From Eledone cirrhosa (Eukaryota), in assembly GCA_964016885.1 (NCBI GenBank), contig OZ024756.1, forward strand, positions 38,440,001 to 38,504,000: DNA of 64,000 bases, read 5' to 3'. Within the stretch, counting starts at the first letter, position 1, and the number at the start of each line of letters is the position of its first letter. The translations under genes were made by a program, and so were the position numbers. Positions 39,243 to 53,579 of the stretch are shown piece by piece. Below the pieces are notes generated by a model that worked only from the letters and a program-made list of their open reading frames with translations, ran no database searches and was not told where the DNA came from.

Positions 39243-39281
39243 CTGAGCTGTGAGATGTGATGAGGGATAGGGTCTGATCAT
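39243..39281 (-). CDS. candidate AMPD cassette exon, 39 nt, phase 1-1
   Basis: cttttctgttgtag|AT GAT CAG ACC CTA TCC CTC ATC ACA TCT CAC AGC TCA G|gtatca. Frame-preserving and stop-free (DDQTLSLITSHSS). Confidence 0.45.
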
Positions 39282-41329
39282 CTACAACAGAAAAGATATG
39301 TAGAAATAAGTCAGAAGATTATATATATATATATATAGAGAGAGAGCGCGAGGGGGGGGGGTGAGAGTGAGAAATGAGAGAGAAAGAGAGAAGAAAGAGA
39401 GAAGAATGAGAGATAAAGAAAAAAGGTGGTGGTAGGGTGGGAAAGAGAAATTTTAACCCTTTCATTACGAAATTTCCAGTGAAATACACTGCCTATAGCT
39501 TTTTAAAAATAATTTTGAAAACAAAGAATTTGAAGATATTTAGTAACATAACTTTCTCATACATAAAATTATGATGGAAGGTTTTTATAGTTAAATATAA
39601 ACACTTTCACATAGAAAACAGGGATGGTTTCAGGCAGTTTAGTATGAAAAGGGTTAAAAAGAGGAAACATGGATGAAACCAACAGTCATCAACAGAAACC
39701 AACAGTCACCAACAGAAACCAACAGGCAGTCAGTCAGGTAAATAGATAAATAGGTAGATAGATGTCTAGTAGAGATGCTTTGCAGCATAGAGTTACGGCC
39801 CTTTATGGCCCGAGTTGAAATCCCACCGAGGTTAACTTTGCCTTTCATCCTTACAGGGTCGATCAAATAAAGTACCAGTCACATACTGGGTCGATTTAAT
39901 CGACTTTCCCCTCCCCCAAAATTACTGGCCTTGTGCCTATATAAGAAACCATTATTAATATTCAGTTTGTTTACAAGGAAACAGCCTCATAAACACCTGT
40001 TAGATAACCAACATCATACCTTTGTTCCATCATCATCATCATCGTCTGTCAGTCAGTGTGTCTGTCTTTCTATCTGTATGTCTGTGTGCTTGCCTGTCTG
40101 TATGTCTGTGTGTGTGTGCTTGTCTGTTGAAGGAGGCACCAGGGGACGTTTTTATTGTTTGTTTTGTAATTGCAGTTGTTATTGAGTTACTCAGTCAAAG
40201 TGAGGGGAACAGTGAGAGAGAGAGAGAGAGAGACAGAGGTTACAGGCCAAGACCAAGACAATTGCAAACAGGGGGTAGAGGGTGGTAGGTAAATCCAAAA
40301 GTTGCACAACAAGCAAGAATATTGCATGAAGACTACAAACTGGGAGAGATAGATAGATAGAGAAGGGTGACAGAAAGATAGACAGAGAGAGAGGCAGATA
40401 GAAAGGCTCAGAATGAGAGTGGGAGGGAAATATAAAGGTAGAGAAAGATAAGAGTGAAAAGGGGGGAGAGAGGAAGAGAGAGAGAGAGATAGAGAGAGAG
40501 AAAGAGAAGAGGGAGGAACTAAACAAAAAAAAAAAATAACAGGGGAGAAAATCCAAATTCCCAAACAAACAAAATCCAAAAATAAAAACAACTAAAGATA
40601 AACTAAAAAATAATAATCCAACATCCACACCCACACACTAAATAGTAACAAAACATTAATTATCAAAACATTATTCAAACGAATCTTCCTCCGTCTTGCA
40701 TTAAATTAAACATAAGTTACAAACACCAATATATTCGTCTGAATACTTGGTTGTTGGGATACTTTGTGGTGGGGTGGGAGAGAATTTGTTTAACTCTCAT
40801 TATAATATTTCTAAAGGCACTGCTGTATGGTTTTTCAAAATAATCTAGAATTTGGAGGGATTTAGTAATATAACTTTCTTACTATTAAGTTAGGTTCTTT
40901 CATAAAATTATGATGGAAGGTTGTTAGATAAATATAAACACTTTAGTCTTTTTTATTACCTTTTTAATGAAAGACAGTCTTTCGTTTTTTAAATAGTTTT
41001 GAAAATCTAGAATTTGGAGGGATTTACTAATATAACTAACTGTCCATTATTAAGCTGGCATTTGGAATATAACTTAATGAAGGTTCTTATATAAAATCAT
41101 GGTGAATGATTTTTAGATGAATATTAAAAAAACACTTTAAAATAATTTTTTTTAGCAAAGCCTGGGTAGTTTCAACTATGTAATTATTTTTTATGTTCTT
41201 TATAAATATTTATCTTCTAACGCCATTTTCTTCCATTCCTCTCTTGTTTGTCTCATTCCATGTGTTTAGAAGTCCCTTTTATCATTTCTGGATTTCTGAT
41301 GTATCAATGATAATCACATGATATAGGCC

Positions 41330-42160
41330 TTGCTGAGGTTAACTTTGCCTTTCATCCTTACGGGGTCAATAAAATAAAGTACCAGTAATACACTGGGATA
41401 ATTGCTGGCCTTGTGCCAAAAGTAGAAAATTATTATCATTGTTATATAACATCAGGCACCATGCTTTGCGGCACAGAGTTACGGCTCTTTACGATCTGAG
41501 TTCAAATCCCGTTGAGGTTAACTTTGCATTTCATCCTTACGAGGTTGATAAAATAAAATACCAGTAAAGAACTAGGGTCGATTTAATTGACTTTCCCCTG
41601 CCACAAAATTGATGGCCTTGTGCCTATAGTAAAAATCATTATTGTTATTGTTATTATTGTTATAAGGATCAGCAGAGCATCAGATAAAATGCTTTGTGTC
41701 ATTTAGTAACTTGACTTTATGTTCCGAGTTCAAATCCTGCCAACATTAGCTTTTCCTTTCATCCTTACAAGTTTGATAAAATAAAGTACCAGTAATGCAC
41801 TGGGGTCAATTTAATCAACTTTCCCCTCCCCCTTCAAATTGTTGGCCTTGTGCCTAAAGTAGAAACAATTATTATTATTGTAGTTGTTATTGTTCTTGTT
41901 ATGATTAAAATTATTACCTTTGTTATTTTTATTAATATTGTTATCATTATTATTATTACATCATTGAAGTGGATTGGCAGAGTTTTAAGAGTGGACAAAG
42001 GCTGGGCAGTATTTGTTCCAACTCTTTACATTCTGAGTTCAAATCCTGCTGTGGTTAACTTTGCTTTTCATCCTTCTGGAGGTCCATAAAATAAAGTACC
42101 AGTAATGCACTGGGATCTATATGATCGATTTCCCCTCAGAAATTACTGGTTTTGTGCCTA
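41330..42160 (+). mobile_element. cluster of four same-orientation copies of the same SINE family
   Basis: Four successive aactttgcctttcatcct..gataaaataaagtaccagt cores, each ending in an (ATT)n-like tail. Confidence 0.8.
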
Positions 42161-42477
42161 AATTAAAAAAATGTAATCAATGGCTTAATAATCACATGAT
42201 CAAAGACTGTGTTTGAATTTTACTTCCTTGATCACTTCAACCATCACATTCCTGGGAGATGAGACCTTAACATCTGTTAAATCCCATGCTGAGCCCAGTT
42301 TTTGTTTAATCGCAGTTCTTTGAAATGTTTGAAAAATAAAACAACAGAGGTTCTTGTTTTGTTCCTTTTAAATTCATTTAGAAAATGAAGAATATGTAAG
42401 TTCATTTATATTTGTTTATTAGCAGCAGCTAAAAGTATATAAGTTGAAGCTTATTCTATCTCAGTAGTGAGCGAGTA

Positions 42478-42526
42478 AATGTCACCGATGATGGATATAT
42501 ATCCTGAAATACTCATGTCCGACATT
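42478..42526 (+). ncRNA. degenerate hammerhead motif (core reads CCGATGA)
   Basis: aatgtca-CCGATGA-tggat-atat-atcct-GAAA-tactcatg-TC-cgacatt. Confidence 0.5.
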
Positions 42527-45500
42527 CTCATACAGCCACTGAGATAGCTGTGGTGTGATCACAGATTAGAACTGTCATACAAGACTTATATATGTTTATT
42601 TATGTCCTATAACTTAGTGGTTCAACAAAAAGAGATTGAAAAAAATAAATACCAGATTTGAAAAACGAATGAAGTGGTGCCCCGGAATGGGAGCTGTCAG
42701 GGGCAGATAAAGGTTGCATGGGGCCCCTGGTTGAAAATTTCATTGGCGTACTTATTGAGAGCCCTTTCACCCTTTTATTAGCACATTTCTAATGAAAGAT
42801 ACTGCCTGCAATAGTCAAATAATTTTGAAAAAAAAATCAAGAATTTCAAAGAATTATTAAGTTGATGTCTGGAACACAAAGATTCTTACATAAAATAATG
42901 ATGGAAGGCTTTTAGGTAACATAATCACTTTAAAATAAGCAGTTTCGAAACATAGAACTAGGAGCCCATTTCAAGTGGTTTGATATCAAAAGGGTTAAAT
43001 ATTGCAAGGGCCCCTGGCAACAGCCTGGTCTCAACCCTTAATCTGTAACTGGCTTCAGTCTAATGACTGAAATTAGTAAATAAATATATAAATAAATGCT
43101 ATTTCCAATCAGAGTTTCATTTACTGACTGCTTGACTTTAATATAACCTATAGCGAGCTAATAAAATATTTATTCCTAAAATGACATGGTATTTCGTAAA
43201 TAATACTAAATTCATTACATAACTTATAATTAACTCTATGTATATCTGTGTATGCATATATAGTTTTACATTAAATGATATGGTATTTTGTAAATACATT
43301 AATTACCTAACTGATAATTAGGTGTGTGTGTGTGTTGGTATGTGTGTGCATACGTGTGTGTTTCTACATTAAATGCTGTAGAATTTCACAAATAATATAT
43401 TTATTAGAAGATCCAGGCATGGTCGAATCGTTATGAAGTTTCCTTAACAACCATGAGGTCCCAGGTTCGATTCCACAGTGTGACATCTTTGGAAAGTGTC
43501 ATTTACCATAGCCTTGGATTGATCCAGGCTTTGTGAGTAAAATGGGGTAGACAGAAACTATTGCAGAGCCCATTGGATGGATGATACCTATAATTCAACG
43601 GTCGCATCTTATTTCATCACATGATTTCTGCCCGAGACATAGATTCAGGGTCCAAATATGAGTAGAATACTGAGCCATTTACAATATAATTGTTTCTATT
43701 TTTGGCACAAGGCCAGCAATTACCCCAGTGTATTACTGGTACTTTATTTTATTGACCCCCGTAAGGATGAAAGGCAAAGTTAACCTCGGTGGGATTTGAA
43801 TTCAATGGCAAGGGCCGTAACTATGCGTCAAAGCATGGTGTCTGACTCTCTACCGATAATGCCAATCCACTGCCGTTTACAATATAATGGAAGATGGATA
43901 GTACCCCTAATTCAAAGGTCCACCTTCGTCCTATATAATGTCATGCAGATTCTGCTTGGGACTTACATTAAGGGTACATATGTCTGTGGAATACTCAGCC
44001 ACTTACAATATAATATCGATTCATCATCATCAACACTACCATTTAACATCTATTTTCCATGTTGAGGACATACCAGTTATTTAATCAGGTCCTACTTGTA
44101 GGCATTCTTTTGGTTTAGTTTCTATGACTGGATGCCCTTCCTAATGCCAACCACTTTACACCATGTACTGGGAGCATGGTTTCTACAGTTGGACATCCTT
44201 TCCAACACTTTTACAGTGGATACTGGAAGCATCTGGTGACTCTGGAACAACCACTTTACAGGGTGAGTTGAAAGCTTTTCTTTTCATTTTATCATGGCAC
44301 CAGCACTACCATCTTACAGGGAGGGACTGTGTGCTTTTCCTCATGATACTGTCACTTCACAGAGCCAGCTTGGTACATTTTATCATGGCACCAGCACTAC
44401 CATCTTACAAGAAGGGACTGTGTGCTTTTCATCATGATACTGGTACTGTCACTTCACAGAGCCAGCTTGGTGCATTTTATCATGGCACCAGCATGTACAT
44501 GTAATTCAAAAGTCTACACTTGTCACCTTTCTGTATCATGCTTATTCTATCTGAGAATTACATATCTAGAATACTCAAGCACATACACATGAAATACAAG
44601 CATGACAAAACAGACGTAAAAACGATATTGATCTTTCAAGACCTACACGGATCCTCTCTTGATAATGGATTTTTAAACCCCAAAATATTTGAGAATTAAA
44701 TTTGCTAAGGTGGAGTTCTATCATCCTCATTCTTTCCTCTATAACACCTTTAATCTTCTATGCATTGTAGGGCTTTTAAACTTATTTCAATTTGTTTTTC
44801 ATATTCCACAATGCTTCAAGCAAACTACAACACTGTTATATATATATATTATAAAGAGTGTGCTCAAATCCCGCCGAAGTTAACTTTGCCTTTCATCCTT
44901 ACAGGGTCGATAAAATAAAGTACCAGTAATGTACTGGGATAATTGCTGGCCTTGTGCCAAAAGTAGAAACAATTATAAAGAGCCGGGACCCTGATGGCTG
45001 GGCTCTTGCTGTTTCAACAGCAAGTTCCAGACTACATATACAAAGTGGGGCTTGTGATTTAAACTACAATAATAATAAATGGTGGGGTCGGCTTTAAAAC
45101 GAGAGGATTGGTGGTTGTCACTTATATCTATGTTTATGTTTTTCTTTAACTTATGTTTTATTTTATTTCATTATTATTCTTTTTTTTTGTTTTGTTCTTT
45201 CTGCCTTATGGCCAAGGGCTATGTATCATACCAGAAGAGTTAAAGTCGGCTGTCTTCGAAACATGAGAGCAATTTTGCTTGCTGCAACCTTTAACGATAA
45301 AAACCATAATGTTTAATTAACGAAACACACAAAATAATGAACGGAGAAAAAAAAGAAAAATTTATTAATTAAAAAAAAAAAAAAATGTTTAAATCAAAAG
45401 AGAAAAAAAAATCACTTTACCTATATGCTCTGATATGTGGTGTGTATGTATGAATATATGTATGTGTGAGTATGTATGAATATATGTATGTGTGTGTATG

Positions 45501-45918
45501 TATATATATATATATAATTATATATATATATATATATATTTATTTTCCCCCCATAACCTTACGTTCTATTTTTTCCCGTTATTTCATTTTATATTATATA
45601 TCAGCCTCACTTTCAATTGTTTTAGCCTTTGTTTTTAAATTCATATCTTACGTCCATATTAAACATTTTACATTCTGATGGTAAATGGAATAATTGTCTT
45701 ATATTGTTTATTACATAACTAAATGTGTATAGAAAGAGAGAGTGTGTGGGGGGGGGGGGGGGGTGTTGTGTTGTGGTGTGGTGTGGTATGGTGTGATGTG
45801 TCTGTGTGTGTGTGTGTGTTGTGTTGTGGTGTGGTGTGGTATGGTGTGTCTGTGTGTGTGTGTCTGTGGTGTGGTGTGGTGTGGTGTGGTGTGGTATGGT
45901 GTGGTGTGATGTGTCTGT

Positions 45919-45949
<31 letters not shown>

Positions 45950-46234
45950 GTGTGGTGTGGTGTGGTGTGATGTAGTGTGGTGTGATGTGATGTGTCTGTG
46001 TGTCTGTGTGTGCGTGTGCGTGTGCGTGTGTGGTGTGGTGTGATGTGTCTGTGTCTGTGTGTGTGTGTGCGTGTGCGTGTGCGTGTGCGTGTGCGTGTGT
46101 GTCTGTGTGTGTGTCCCAACATAAATAAACATAATAATAGATGTGGAACAATAGCTCTGATTAATTAGAACTGACTTGATCCGAAACAAACCTACCTGAC
46201 TCGTGACAGCATGAAACACACAGGTAAAACGATG

Positions 46235-46275
<41 letters not shown>

Positions 46276-46712
46276 TAGTTATCTTATCTTATTGCTTTAT
46301 GCCAAGTTTTTCCATGCTTGGACATATCCTGGAGCTTCCCCAGGTTTCATGGGTGTTATCTGACCGAGAGTTCAAGCCTCAGTCCTGAATGGGATATCAA
46401 TTCATCACAGGATTAAAACCCTCACCCCTTCCAGCAGACACGGTGACTCATTCTCAGCTGAGTGAACTGGAGCAACATCAAATGAAGTGTTTTGCTTCAG
46501 GTCACAGATTGTCACCCAGTCTGGGGAATTAAACCCACAACCTAATTATCATGAGACCAACACCCTAACCACTAGTCCATGTGATGTGTGCATTATCAAA
46601 GAAAACAGCACCTATGAATCTAACATCTGTGTGGAATACCTGCCTTTTCTTTATATATAGTTGGAAATATTCAAAGATCTCTATCACAACACATACACAC
46701 ATCTCTCTCTCC

Positions 46713-46763
<51 letters not shown>

Positions 46764-48213
46764 ATCCTAATCTTGTATACACATGGAAACACAAAAAAAA
46801 AAACCCACGCAACTGTGCGTTTGTATTTTTCTTGTATATTCTTGGAAATATCCAAATAATTCTATCACAACACATACGAGAGAGAGAGAGAGAGAGAGAA
46901 AGAAAGAGAGAGAGAGAAAGAAAGAGAGAGAGAGAGAGAGGAAGAGAGAGAGAAAGAAAGAGAGAGGAAGAGAGAGAAAGAAAGAGCGTGCATATGTGTG
47001 AGTGTGTGTGCGTTATGTGAAGAGAGCTGTCCGAGAGATGTTTATTTATACATCTCGCAGTAAATAACTGAAGCTTTATCAATACAGGCAGAAAGCTGGT
47101 TCCATTATTGATTAGACTACACAGTAAAACTACCTATATGTCTAGAACAACTGGAAAATACTATGTCTGTATTTCACCCTGACAAATTAACGACATTTTC
47201 TCAATCTTCACTATACATCAGCATCATCATCATTGAATTTCACGCTGGCATGGGTTGGCTAGGTTGTTATACAGTCCGAGATTAAACAGGTTGGGGGAAC
47301 CATGTCTTCACTCTCATGGTTTCATGTTTAGGATGCTTTCTATGGCTGGATCTCCTTCCTAATGCCAACTACTTTACAGAGTGTACTGGGTGAATTTTAT
47401 CATTGCAACACAGCTACAATTTTACATTACAGAGTGTACTCGGTTCATTTTATCATGACACCAATCCTACCACTTTACAGAGTGTATTGGGTGTATTTTA
47501 TCATGGCGACACCAATACAATTTTACATTACAGAGTGTACTTGGTTCATTTTATAATGACACCAACACTACCACTTTACAGAGTGTACTAGGTGTATTTT
47601 ATCATGACACCACCATTAGATTGGCTGTCTTAGGACTGATAAAACAAACATCAAATAAAAACATAAGTAGAAAAAAGGAGCGCAGGAGTAGCAAAGTCTT
47701 AACCCTTCCATGACTGAATTTCTAATGAAATACACTTTATTTCAATATCTGGCAATATCGGTAGAGGGTCGGACGCCATGCTTTGACGCATAGAGTTACG
47801 GCCCTTGCCATTCTGAGTTCAAATCCCACCAAGGTTAACTTTGCCTTTCATCCTTACAGGGACGATAAAATAAAGTACCAGTCACGCACTGGAGTCGATT
47901 ACAGGCCTTGTGCCTATACTAGAAATCATTATTAAAGAAGAATTTTGAATAATTTACATACAATTATTAATTATTTCATTACTAAAATAGTAATTTAAAA
48001 TATGGTTCCTATATGATGTATATTTAAAGCCATTCTCAGGGAGATTCAGCATGTAACAGTTTGTGACAGATATAACACATTTTTACTAGCTGAGTGGTCT
48101 GGAGCCACCACATGAAATAAAAAGTCTTGCTGAAGGACGAGAAATCAAACTCATGAGTTTACAATTGTGAACCAAACATCATAACCACTAAGACAAGTAC
48201 CTTCTTGCTATCT

Positions 48214-48244
<31 letters not shown>

Positions 48245-48619
48245 TTGAAAATATAACCACCACAATGCAGATAAGTAAAATAATAGTTGATAGCTATAGA
48301 TAGATGTTGAATAAGTTAGGTAATGTACTTCTGAAGACAGAAAATTGGACAGAAATCGAACCATACATAGCATGTACTTAATAGTTCAGTATTAAATAAT
48401 TCTATTGATATTCAGAGAGAACTGGAAATAACAAAATGGTTGCCATTCCCACAAAATGACGATACGTGTGTGTGTGTGTGTGTTATATAAATGCCTGTTT
48501 GTAATTGTATGTAGAAAATAATGCATGTTTATTAAATACTTGTATTAAAAAATATGGTTATCTGTGTAGACTATATATATACCTATACATACATAATCAT
48601 ATACATAATATATACACAT

Positions 48620-48680
<61 letters not shown>

Positions 48681-49119
48681 GTCAATAAGACCATTTTTTG
48701 GATAGTTGCAATATTCTATTTTGGTTATTCAGGTATCAACATTTGGTGGGGTGGATATATGATTAAGAAAATACAGCTGAAGATTGTTAGGCAAAAACTG
48801 TAAAATATGGAAGATTTCTTCAAAATTTCTGTTTTTTTTCTGAAAGAGAAGTTTAATAAAGCAAGCAAACAAGACAAACAGAAAAATTTAATTGAAATGT
48901 ATTTAGACTTGACAGCTAGAAGAAGAAAACAAAGAAACAATGGAAAGAACTGTTGTTTTTTTTTGTTGGTTTGTTTGTTAACTTATTTTGCCATATTTTT
49001 TTTCTTCTTTAAAATAAAAAAAAAAGAACAAGTAAATACATAAAACACCTCAGTAAAATTTGGATAAGATATGCCTCTTTACTGCTATCTCTTACCTTCA
49101 GAACATATATATATACATA

Positions 49120-49280
49120 CCGTATTTCCCAGTGCCAAAGACGCTTCATCCTTGAGGATGCACCTTAATTTTGACAACCAAAAATTTGAAAAAAAATAAT
49201 AAACAACCTTCGGTCTCCAGTTCGCATGGTAGATTTTTGAGACTTATTTTAGGAAAAAGTAGCATCTTTGACACATTCGG
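49120..49280. mobile_element. Tc2/pogo-like MITE remnant
   Basis: TA-ccgtatttcc..aaagacgc ... gcatcttt...cgg-TA. Confidence 0.5.
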
Positions 49281-49650
49281 TATGTATACAAATGATGAAT
49301 AAAAAGCAAGCTCAAAAGACTTTATCTAGAGCCATAATAACCAAATTAAAAGATACATGTTTATATATAGAGAAAGAGCCATGTATTTTAAAAGAAACAT
49401 GGTATATATACCAAATACATATTCTATAGAATCCACCTATATATATATTCTTCTACAAAATATGTATTTGGTATATATACACTATACAGTGTTTCTCTTA
49501 CGATATATGGCTCTTTCTCTGTAGAACCAGACATGGTGAAACTCAGTGTAGTAACACTATGAAGTCTTAAAAGAAAGGAGGAAAGAAAGAAATGATATTA
49601 TAATTTGAAAATATAGTCACCACAATGCAGATAACTATAATAACAGTTGA

Positions 49651-49700
<50 letters not shown>

Positions 49701-49977
49701 TAAAAAATTTTAATAAATATTTGCTCTACAGTTCTTATATATTTGATATATATTTATCCTTATCAAGCCCTCTTTGGATTTTAGTCTTTAAATTTATTAT
49801 TATTACTATATATATATATATATATATATATAGATAACCAAAGATTAATATGGTTCCTTGATTACTCAATGAATATATATTTACAATAGATTAAAAGCAC
49901 TCTACAGAGAGTTTTCTGGAGTTATTAATATTATTCAGAATATTAATAAATGAAGACGTTCACATAATCAAAATATG

Positions 49978-50039
49978 TTTTATTATATATATTTCGAAGG
50001 TACTGTGCTGTTTTTTCAGTACGTCGTCATCAGATAAAA
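49978..50039 (-). ncRNA. type I hammerhead motif (same family as 7282), stem II closing pair mismatched
   Basis: ttttat-CTGATGA-cgacgtactg...cagtaccttc-GAAA-tatata-TA-ataaaa. The flank is homologous to 7345-7475. Confidence 0.7.
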
Positions 50040-50363
50040 TACATGACTTGATGTATGACATACCTCAACAGTCTTGATGGTTCAATTCCAATAGTTCTGC
50101 TAATACTGGAATTGAACTCTGTATATATACATATATATACACATATGAGAGAGAGAGAGAGAGAGAGGGGGGAGAAATATTCAATATTATCTGCAGTGTG
50201 GCGACTATATTTTCAAATTTACCACTGCTTTGTAAGTCAACGAACCTTTCATCCTTACGGGGTCGATAAAATAAAGTACCAGTAATGTACTGGGTAATTG
50301 CTGGCCTCGTGCCAAAAGTAGAAACAATTATTATTATTATTATTATGTATTTATGTTATTCAC

Positions 50364-50556
50364 CTTTGATTGTCTTCTTCTCACAAGCGGCACAACCATC
50401 AGAAATCATGTGGAAATCATTCTTGTCAATCATACTCTGCAGACATCTGTTGATGATTTTGGGGAAACCCTGCTGAGAAAGCATCATGTACTTCTCTCGA
50501 ATGGTGAGGGCCTTCACCAGGCTCTTTGAGGCTTCCTCAAGGTCTTTCAGTGGAAT
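50364..50556 (-). CDS. AMPD2: AMP deaminase exon (phase 0 to 1)
   Basis: cag|IPLKDLEEASKSLVKALTIREKYMMLSQQGFP...KKTIK G|gtgaat, 193 nt. Matches the AMPD motif DL..A.KS.V.AL.IREKYM. Confidence 0.95.
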
Positions 50557-50586
50557 CTGAACATGGGGAAGGGAGAGAAAAAGAAG

Positions 50587-50789
<203 letters not shown>

Positions 50790-51424
50790 CCCTGATTTTA
50801 AATAATTTTGAAAATAATGAAGAATTTGGAAGGATTTAGTAATATAACTTTCATTATTATCCAATGTTTAGAACAAAGATTCTTAGATAAAACTGGAGGG
50901 TTTTTAGATAAGTATAAATACTACAACCTCTTCATTACCATATTTCTAATAAAAGACATTGTCTATAAGTTAAACTGGTATTTATAACAATATTTAACCT
51001 GTTGACTGCCATGTATATTTTATACAGCTACAGTTGCTGTGCTGGGTTTTTTTCAGTAAAATGACTACTTTTAAAAATAAACATTTATTGTCCCACCCTT
51101 GCAAGCAGGGAAAAGTGGACGTAAAATGATGATAACATATCTGAACGATTGACAAACATCGCATCAATAAACTAGAAACCTCATCTAGCTTTGAAGTTAT
51201 GAACTTTTGGAAACGAGTTCATAACTTTGAAGCTATGAATCTCTGGTAAATAGTTCAAAGATGTTAGGATGAATTATCTCGTCCGTGGCACTGAAGAGGT
51301 TAATAAAGATTCTTACAGAAAATTATGATGGAATCATTAAATTTAAATATAAAGAGATCTCCATTTAGATAAGAACCCTTTAAAAAAGATGGTTGATTTT
51401 AAAAGGGTTAAAAGAGAGATTTAC

Positions 51425-51602
51425 CCCACTGAAGTGTTTTCCTTGCACCCCACATTTATTGACAATGGAAATTCTTTCAAACATAGGAGACAGATCAATA
51501 TCGGGAGTAGATTTAGTCTCATTATCAGGAATGGAATCTGCTCTTTTCCAGTAGTGTTTAGCTTCATCTTCAGTTTTATTATAATGCAGCCAAGGACTGG
51601 AA
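51425..51602 (-). CDS. AMPD2: AMP deaminase (AMPD2-like), first exon identified (internal, phase 2 to 0)
   Basis: Acceptor tttttcttctttcttcag, donor GGG|gtaaat. Stop-free 178 nt ending ...DLSPMFERISIVNKCGVQGKHFSG, which resembles AMPD2 PEFQRVTISGEEKCG. Joins in frame to the next exon. Confidence 0.8.
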
Positions 51603-52738
51603 CTGAAGAAAGAAGAAAAATATAGAATTTACCTTCAATTAAAACAGACTTTAAAATAAGCTGATGAGAGGGGAACAAAACCAAGAGGAAGAGAAAGAAA
51701 AAGAAAATATAGATTTTCCTTTCAATTAAACCAGACTTTAAAATAAGCTGGTGAGAGGGAACAAAACCAAGAGAGAGAGGCAGAAGAGGAAAATATAGAT
51801 TTTCCTTCAATTAAAATAAACTTCAAAATAACAAGCTGATGGAGAGAGAGAGAGAGAGAGAGATTTAAATTTTCCTGCAATTAAAACAAACATCTTTGTT
51901 ACTATATTTATAATGAAATCCATTGCCTATAGTTTTGAAAATAATAAAAAAATTTGAAGGGATTTAGCAAGTTTTCTTATTATTAAGCTGGTGTTTGGAA
52001 CATGTTTTAATAAAGGTTCTTGCATAAAATTAAGATGAAAGGTTTTTACATAAATATAAACATATATTTCTAATGAAATCAACTGCCTATAACGTTCGCT
52101 TAATTTTGAAAATAACCAAGAATTTGAAGGGATTTAGTAATATAACTAGTTTTATTATTATTATGTTATGAGGGCAGTGAATTGGCAGTATCGGCAGAGG
52201 GTTGGACGCCATGCTTTCTAGCATAGTTACGTCCCTTTACGGTCTGAGTTCAACTGAGGTTAACTTTGCCTTTCATCCTTACGGGGTCGATAAAATAAAG
52301 TACCAGTAATGTACTGGGTAATTGCTGGCCTGTTGCCAAAAGTAGAAACAATTATTATTATTATGTTAAAGAAATTATTATTATTAAGCTGGTGTTTGGA
52401 ATGCAACAAAGTGTTTTTCATAAAACTACAATGGAAGAATTTTAGATAAATATAAACACTTTGGACTCACACTCTTTAGCATTGACATTACTCTATATTT
52501 ACTATTGTATTTTTGTGGTAAAGACTTTATCTCACATAATTTCGAATCTATGAGATTTTGATATTATTTATATTGAGAACAATACCTTAACATCAGTATG
52601 AGTAGCTGGTTTGAACAGAAAAAGGTGAGAAAATTCTTGTTTAAATGCTAAAGGGGGTTACCAAGAATTATCCACACACACACATATATATACGTATATA
52701 CAGACGTGTGTGTGTACATGGAAAAAGGCTGTAAAATG

Positions 52739-52782
<44 letters not shown>

Positions 52783-53579
52783 TACATACACATGCATATA
52801 TATTCATACACAGGCATACACACACATTCAAATACACATATTCATACAAGTTAACAGCTACAAAATAACTGCTGCTTTGCCTTGAACTCGATACAAAGCT
52901 TTGGTTAGCTGTGCTTTGTCATATAAAAATCAATACTTATATATTAGTATATATGGACACTAAAAAATACCTGGGATTTGCTCATTTTATTGAATATGTA
53001 TGTAGGTATATTCTTTTTTTTTGGGGGGGGGGGGGGGGGGGGAACAAATGCATTCGCTGTTCAGAGAGTGGAATTGGCTCCGTGCAAAGCCTTTCCTCAC
53101 TTAAAAAAGCTTCAAATACAGTCATCGCTTGATATGTTTTTTTGGGGGGATGGCTGGTATTGCTGGTCCCTAGCAGGACTAAAGTCACATCTGTGATGCC
53201 CATGCTTAAGTATGAAGTGATGGCATTACTTGAAATCGAGTTGCAGCCATCACGTATGTATGTATGTATTTACCCTAATTCCTGGGTGCGTCATAAGTGC
53301 ACTATAGTAACATATAGCATGTCTTTAAACCTGGTAGGGTCCACCCCTCTCTATGTTTGAACACAGCCAGTTTCTTCCAGAGAAGAAGAGAATAATTAGA
53401 GAGGAAATGAGAAAGATATATAGAAGAATTGATGCCAGTACTGGACTTGTACTTTTTTATTGACTTTGAAAGGATGAAATGCAAAGTTGACCTCAGCAGG
53501 TTTTGAACTGAGAGAGCAGAGCACTGAAATACTGCAAACTAGTCCTGTATACAGCACAGAAAGATAGAGAGAAAACTAC

